19,267 bases of DNA from a virus. Taxonomy: Duplodnaviria > Heunggongvirae > Uroviricota > Caudoviricetes. The position numbers and the translations under genes are program-made. Shown here one piece after another: positions 17,029 through 19,267 of the stretch (positions are counted from its first letter, which is position 1; every line of letters starts with the position of its first letter). Below the pieces are notes generated by a model that saw only the letters and a list, made by a program, of their open reading frames with translations, ran no database searches and was not told the origin of the DNA. The DNA lies in the IMG/VR virus record IMGVR_UViG_2721755725_000016, positions 1-19,267 of that record; one strand, written 5' to 3'.

Positions 17029-17910
17029 CTATAAATCTCTACTCATTAAATCAGATATTTTTATCAAGCTCATTTCTCTGTCTTTGTTTACATAAAGCTG
17101 AAGCAAGCGGGTGTATCTCTCGCTTATAGATTCAAGTGCAAAAGGCTTTATTGATTCCTTAATAGCCTGCGTATCTTTCGGATCATCACTAAAAACCAAG
17201 GCAGAAATCATCGGATTGCTCACTTCCTTACCTGACTTCTCACCCCAAATCAGCAGATCAACAATAGGTATCACTCTATTAGATATCAACTTCTGAAGGG
17301 TCTTTAATCCAATCCTTTTCTGAGCGACATGCTCTCTCTCTGGTACTTTTAACTCTTTTCGCCATAGAGGTAGAAGGTGAGTCAGGCTGGTAATAATTTC
17401 GTCATCAGTGGCGTCATCTAAATCTATAGAAACGAGTATGATGTTAGGGGAACAATTACTTAGGTTTCCAGTAACACTCGCAAGCATAGCGTTTGCCTTG
17501 AGGTAGCAATCCTCTTCGTCTCTTTTAAAAAAGCCTTGATCTATCGATGAGAAAGAGTACATGGCCAGCTCTGAAAATGTTACTGGACTAACCCCCATAG
17601 CTGAAGATAATGAGGGAAGATCATCGTACTCATTTCTTAATGATGGGGCTTCATCATTTACTTTGCGAATAAATTCTTCGACCTCTTCCTCTTCTTCATT
17701 GAGAATGGTTAGGTTAGGATCGCCCGAAAAAATCCTTTCATATTTTATATCGTACTCTTCTTTGAATATAGCAGTGTCATCTTTTGCATGACGCAATAAA
17801 AAATCGCGCCACTCTAATTCTTGAATCAAGTCCGGCAAGGTTAAATCATTTAAAAATTCATAATTACTAATATCAAACCATGCTAAATCTTGTTTTTTGG
17901 CTCTCACCAT
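17029..17910 (-). CDS. AT-rich orphan protein (293 aa), acidic, no recognisable domain
   Basis: Clean ORF with visibly lower GC than the flanking int and alpA. Acidic runs EEEEEVEE and DLDDATDDE. Occupies the int-alpA slot. Confidence 0.6.
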   Translation of the reverse strand: MVRAKKQDLAWFDISNYEFLNDLTLPDLIQELEWRDFLLRHAKDDTAIFKEEYDIKYERIFSGDPNLTILNEEEEEVEEFIRKVNDEAPSLRNEYDDLPSLSSAMGVSPVTFSELAMYSFSSIDQGFFKRDEEDCYLKANAMLASVTGNLSNCSPNIILVSIDLDDATDDEIITSLTHLLPLWRKELKVPEREHVAQKRIGLKTLQKLISNRVIPIVDLLIWGEKSGKEVSNPMISALVFSDDPKDTQAIKESIKPFALESISERYTRLLQLYVNKDREMSLIKISDLMSRDL

Positions 17911-18052
17911 ACGCCACCCCGCGCCCCTAATTCTGACGGCTATGCCAGCCCGTAGGGGTGTACGGGTTTTCGGGGATCAGCCTAGACATAGCCTATTCTT
18001 TGTTCGTCTACATAAGTCTACTACCATTGCTTAACACGGTCTATTCATACAG

Positions 18053-19267
18053 TTAAGCTCGTTTCCCAAACGAACCATGAACAACGTTCTCCTCCTTCTC
18101 CAGCGCATCCATATAGTCGGCATACCATTGAAGCATCTCCCGCCTTCCATCCAGATATTGCGCATGGTTGTATGTGCCACGAATTGAGTTCTTATCAACG
18201 TGAGCGAGCTGCGTTTCTATCCACGCGGTGTTATAGCCCTGCTCATGCAAAATCGTGCTCATAGTGTGCCGGAACCCATGACCAGTTACACGTCCAGCGT
18301 AGCCAATGCGCTTAAACACTTGGTTTATGCTGGCCTCACTCATTGTTTTCCTTGGATCATTGCGCCCGGGAAACATAAGAGGGTAATTGCCTGTTATTTC
18401 TCTAATCTTCCCAATAAGCGAAAGAGCCTGATCAGACAATGGCACAATATGAGGCCGCCGCATTTTCATACGTGAAGCGGGTATCTCCCAGATAGCCTTG
18501 TTGAAATCAATTTCATCCCATAATGCGCCACGTAGTTCGCCAGTCCGCAAGCCGGTGATAATCAGTAGACGAGCCGCCATAACAACCAATGCGCTTCCTG
18601 AGTAACTGGACAATGCCTTGAAAAAATCAGGTAATTCTTTAGCTGTAAGGAAAGGGTAATGATTAGATTCATGGCCTTGCATCGCGCTAGTAAGGTCTGG
18701 TGCAGGGTTATACTCTGCGCGACCAGTGACTATTGCATAGCGGAAAACTTCCCCGCACCGCTGCCTCACTTTTTTGGCTTTTTCTGTAGCACCGCGCCCC
18801 TCGATGCGCCGCAGCACATTCAGAAGTTCAAGTGGTTTGATTTCGGCGATTGGTTTTTTGCCAATGTAAGGGAACACATCTTTGTTGAAGGCTTCGAGGA
18901 TGTCTGAAGCATAACCAGCAGACCATTTTTTTAATTTGCTGCTGTGCCACTCAAGGGCAATATCTTTGAAGGTGTTGTTTAACTGCGTTTCCCGGGCAAT
19001 CTTTTCCTCTCGTTTCGCTTCCATCGGATCGATACCACCAGCGATACCTCTTTTCGCATCTTCACGTTTTGCCCGAGCATCGGCTAGAGTAACCTCAGGA
19101 TACACACCTAGTGCCAATAGCTTCTCTTTACCAGCTACACGATATTTAAGTCGCCAGTATTTACCTCCATTAGGTTTTACCAAGAGATACAAACCGCCAC
19201 CATCGGCCAGCTTGTAAGCCTTCTCTTTTGGCTTGGCTGTGTCTATTTGACGGGCATTGAGTTTCAC
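18053..19267 (-). CDS. int: P4-type tyrosine integrase (at least 404 aa; begins at the window edge, possibly 5'-partial)
   Basis: N-terminal AKPKEKAYKLADGGGLYLLVKPNGGKYWR. Catalytic HGFRHT and C-terminal GTYNHAQY (Tyr). First codon in the window is GTG at 19265-19267. Confidence 0.9.
   Translation of the reverse strand: MKLNARQIDTAKPKEKAYKLADGGGLYLLVKPNGGKYWRLKYRVAGKEKLLALGVYPEVTLADARAKREDAKRGIAGGIDPMEAKREEKIARETQLNNTFKDIALEWHSSKLKKWSAGYASDILEAFNKDVFPYIGKKPIAEIKPLELLNVLRRIEGRGATEKAKKVRQRCGEVFRYAIVTGRAEYNPAPDLTSAMQGHESNHYPFLTAKELPDFFKALSSYSGSALVVMAARLLIITGLRTGELRGALWDEIDFNKAIWEIPASRMKMRRPHIVPLSDQALSLIGKIREITGNYPLMFPGRNDPRKTMSEASINQVFKRIGYAGRVTGHGFRHTMSTILHEQGYNTAWIETQLAHVDKNSIRGTYNHAQYLDGRREMLQWYADYMDALEKEENVVHGSFGKRA

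Noticed and set aside
17952-17977. Hairpin CCCGTA-GGGGTG-TACGGG followed by TTTT downstream of int
   Set aside because: The T-run follows only on the plus strand, antisense to int and gene X, and the stem is short. Too weak to call a terminator or attachment-related site.
1-19267. CRISPR arrays, tRNA or rRNA genes
   Set aside because: I found no regular repeat-spacer arrays and no cloverleaf-like or rRNA-like sequence by eye. The integrase-proximal tRNA/tmRNA attachment site is expected beyond the right edge.

Overview
This window looks like part of a degraded P4-like / CP4-57-like integrative island from an Enterobacteriaceae genome (probably E. coli or Shigella; inferred, not searched). 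Nearly all genes are on the minus strand. From the right edge: a P4-type tyrosine integrase (18053..19267; the tRNA/tmRNA attachment site would lie beyond the window), an AT-rich orphan gene in the int-alpA slot, alpA, a coupled 143-aa gene, an AntA-like antirepressor, then a highly structured leader and a translationally coupled operon of small genes ending in a P4 alpha-like primase cut short by an IS. Further left are two secreted Cys-rich protein cassettes and the conserved block DUF932 - KlcA-like antirestriction - RadC-like - DUF987 - CbeA-like antitoxin - CbtA-like toxin, with the toxin-antitoxin pair decayed. Three near-identical IS629-like (IS3 family) copies of 1309/1310 bp interrupt the island; none has a target-site duplication, and copy 1 has a 1-bp deletion in orfA. 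Left of IS copy 1 is an AT-rich convergent pair, an HNH endonuclease and a C5-cytosine methyltransferase, which I read as a candidate Type II restriction-modification system. The best candidates for something undescribed are the 293-aa orphan gene (17029..17910), the structured leader with a hairpin-displayed repeated 10-mer (13224..13560), the HNH/MTase pair, and the two secreted-protein cassettes. All family assignments are from motifs read by eye and recalled sequences; no database search was run.
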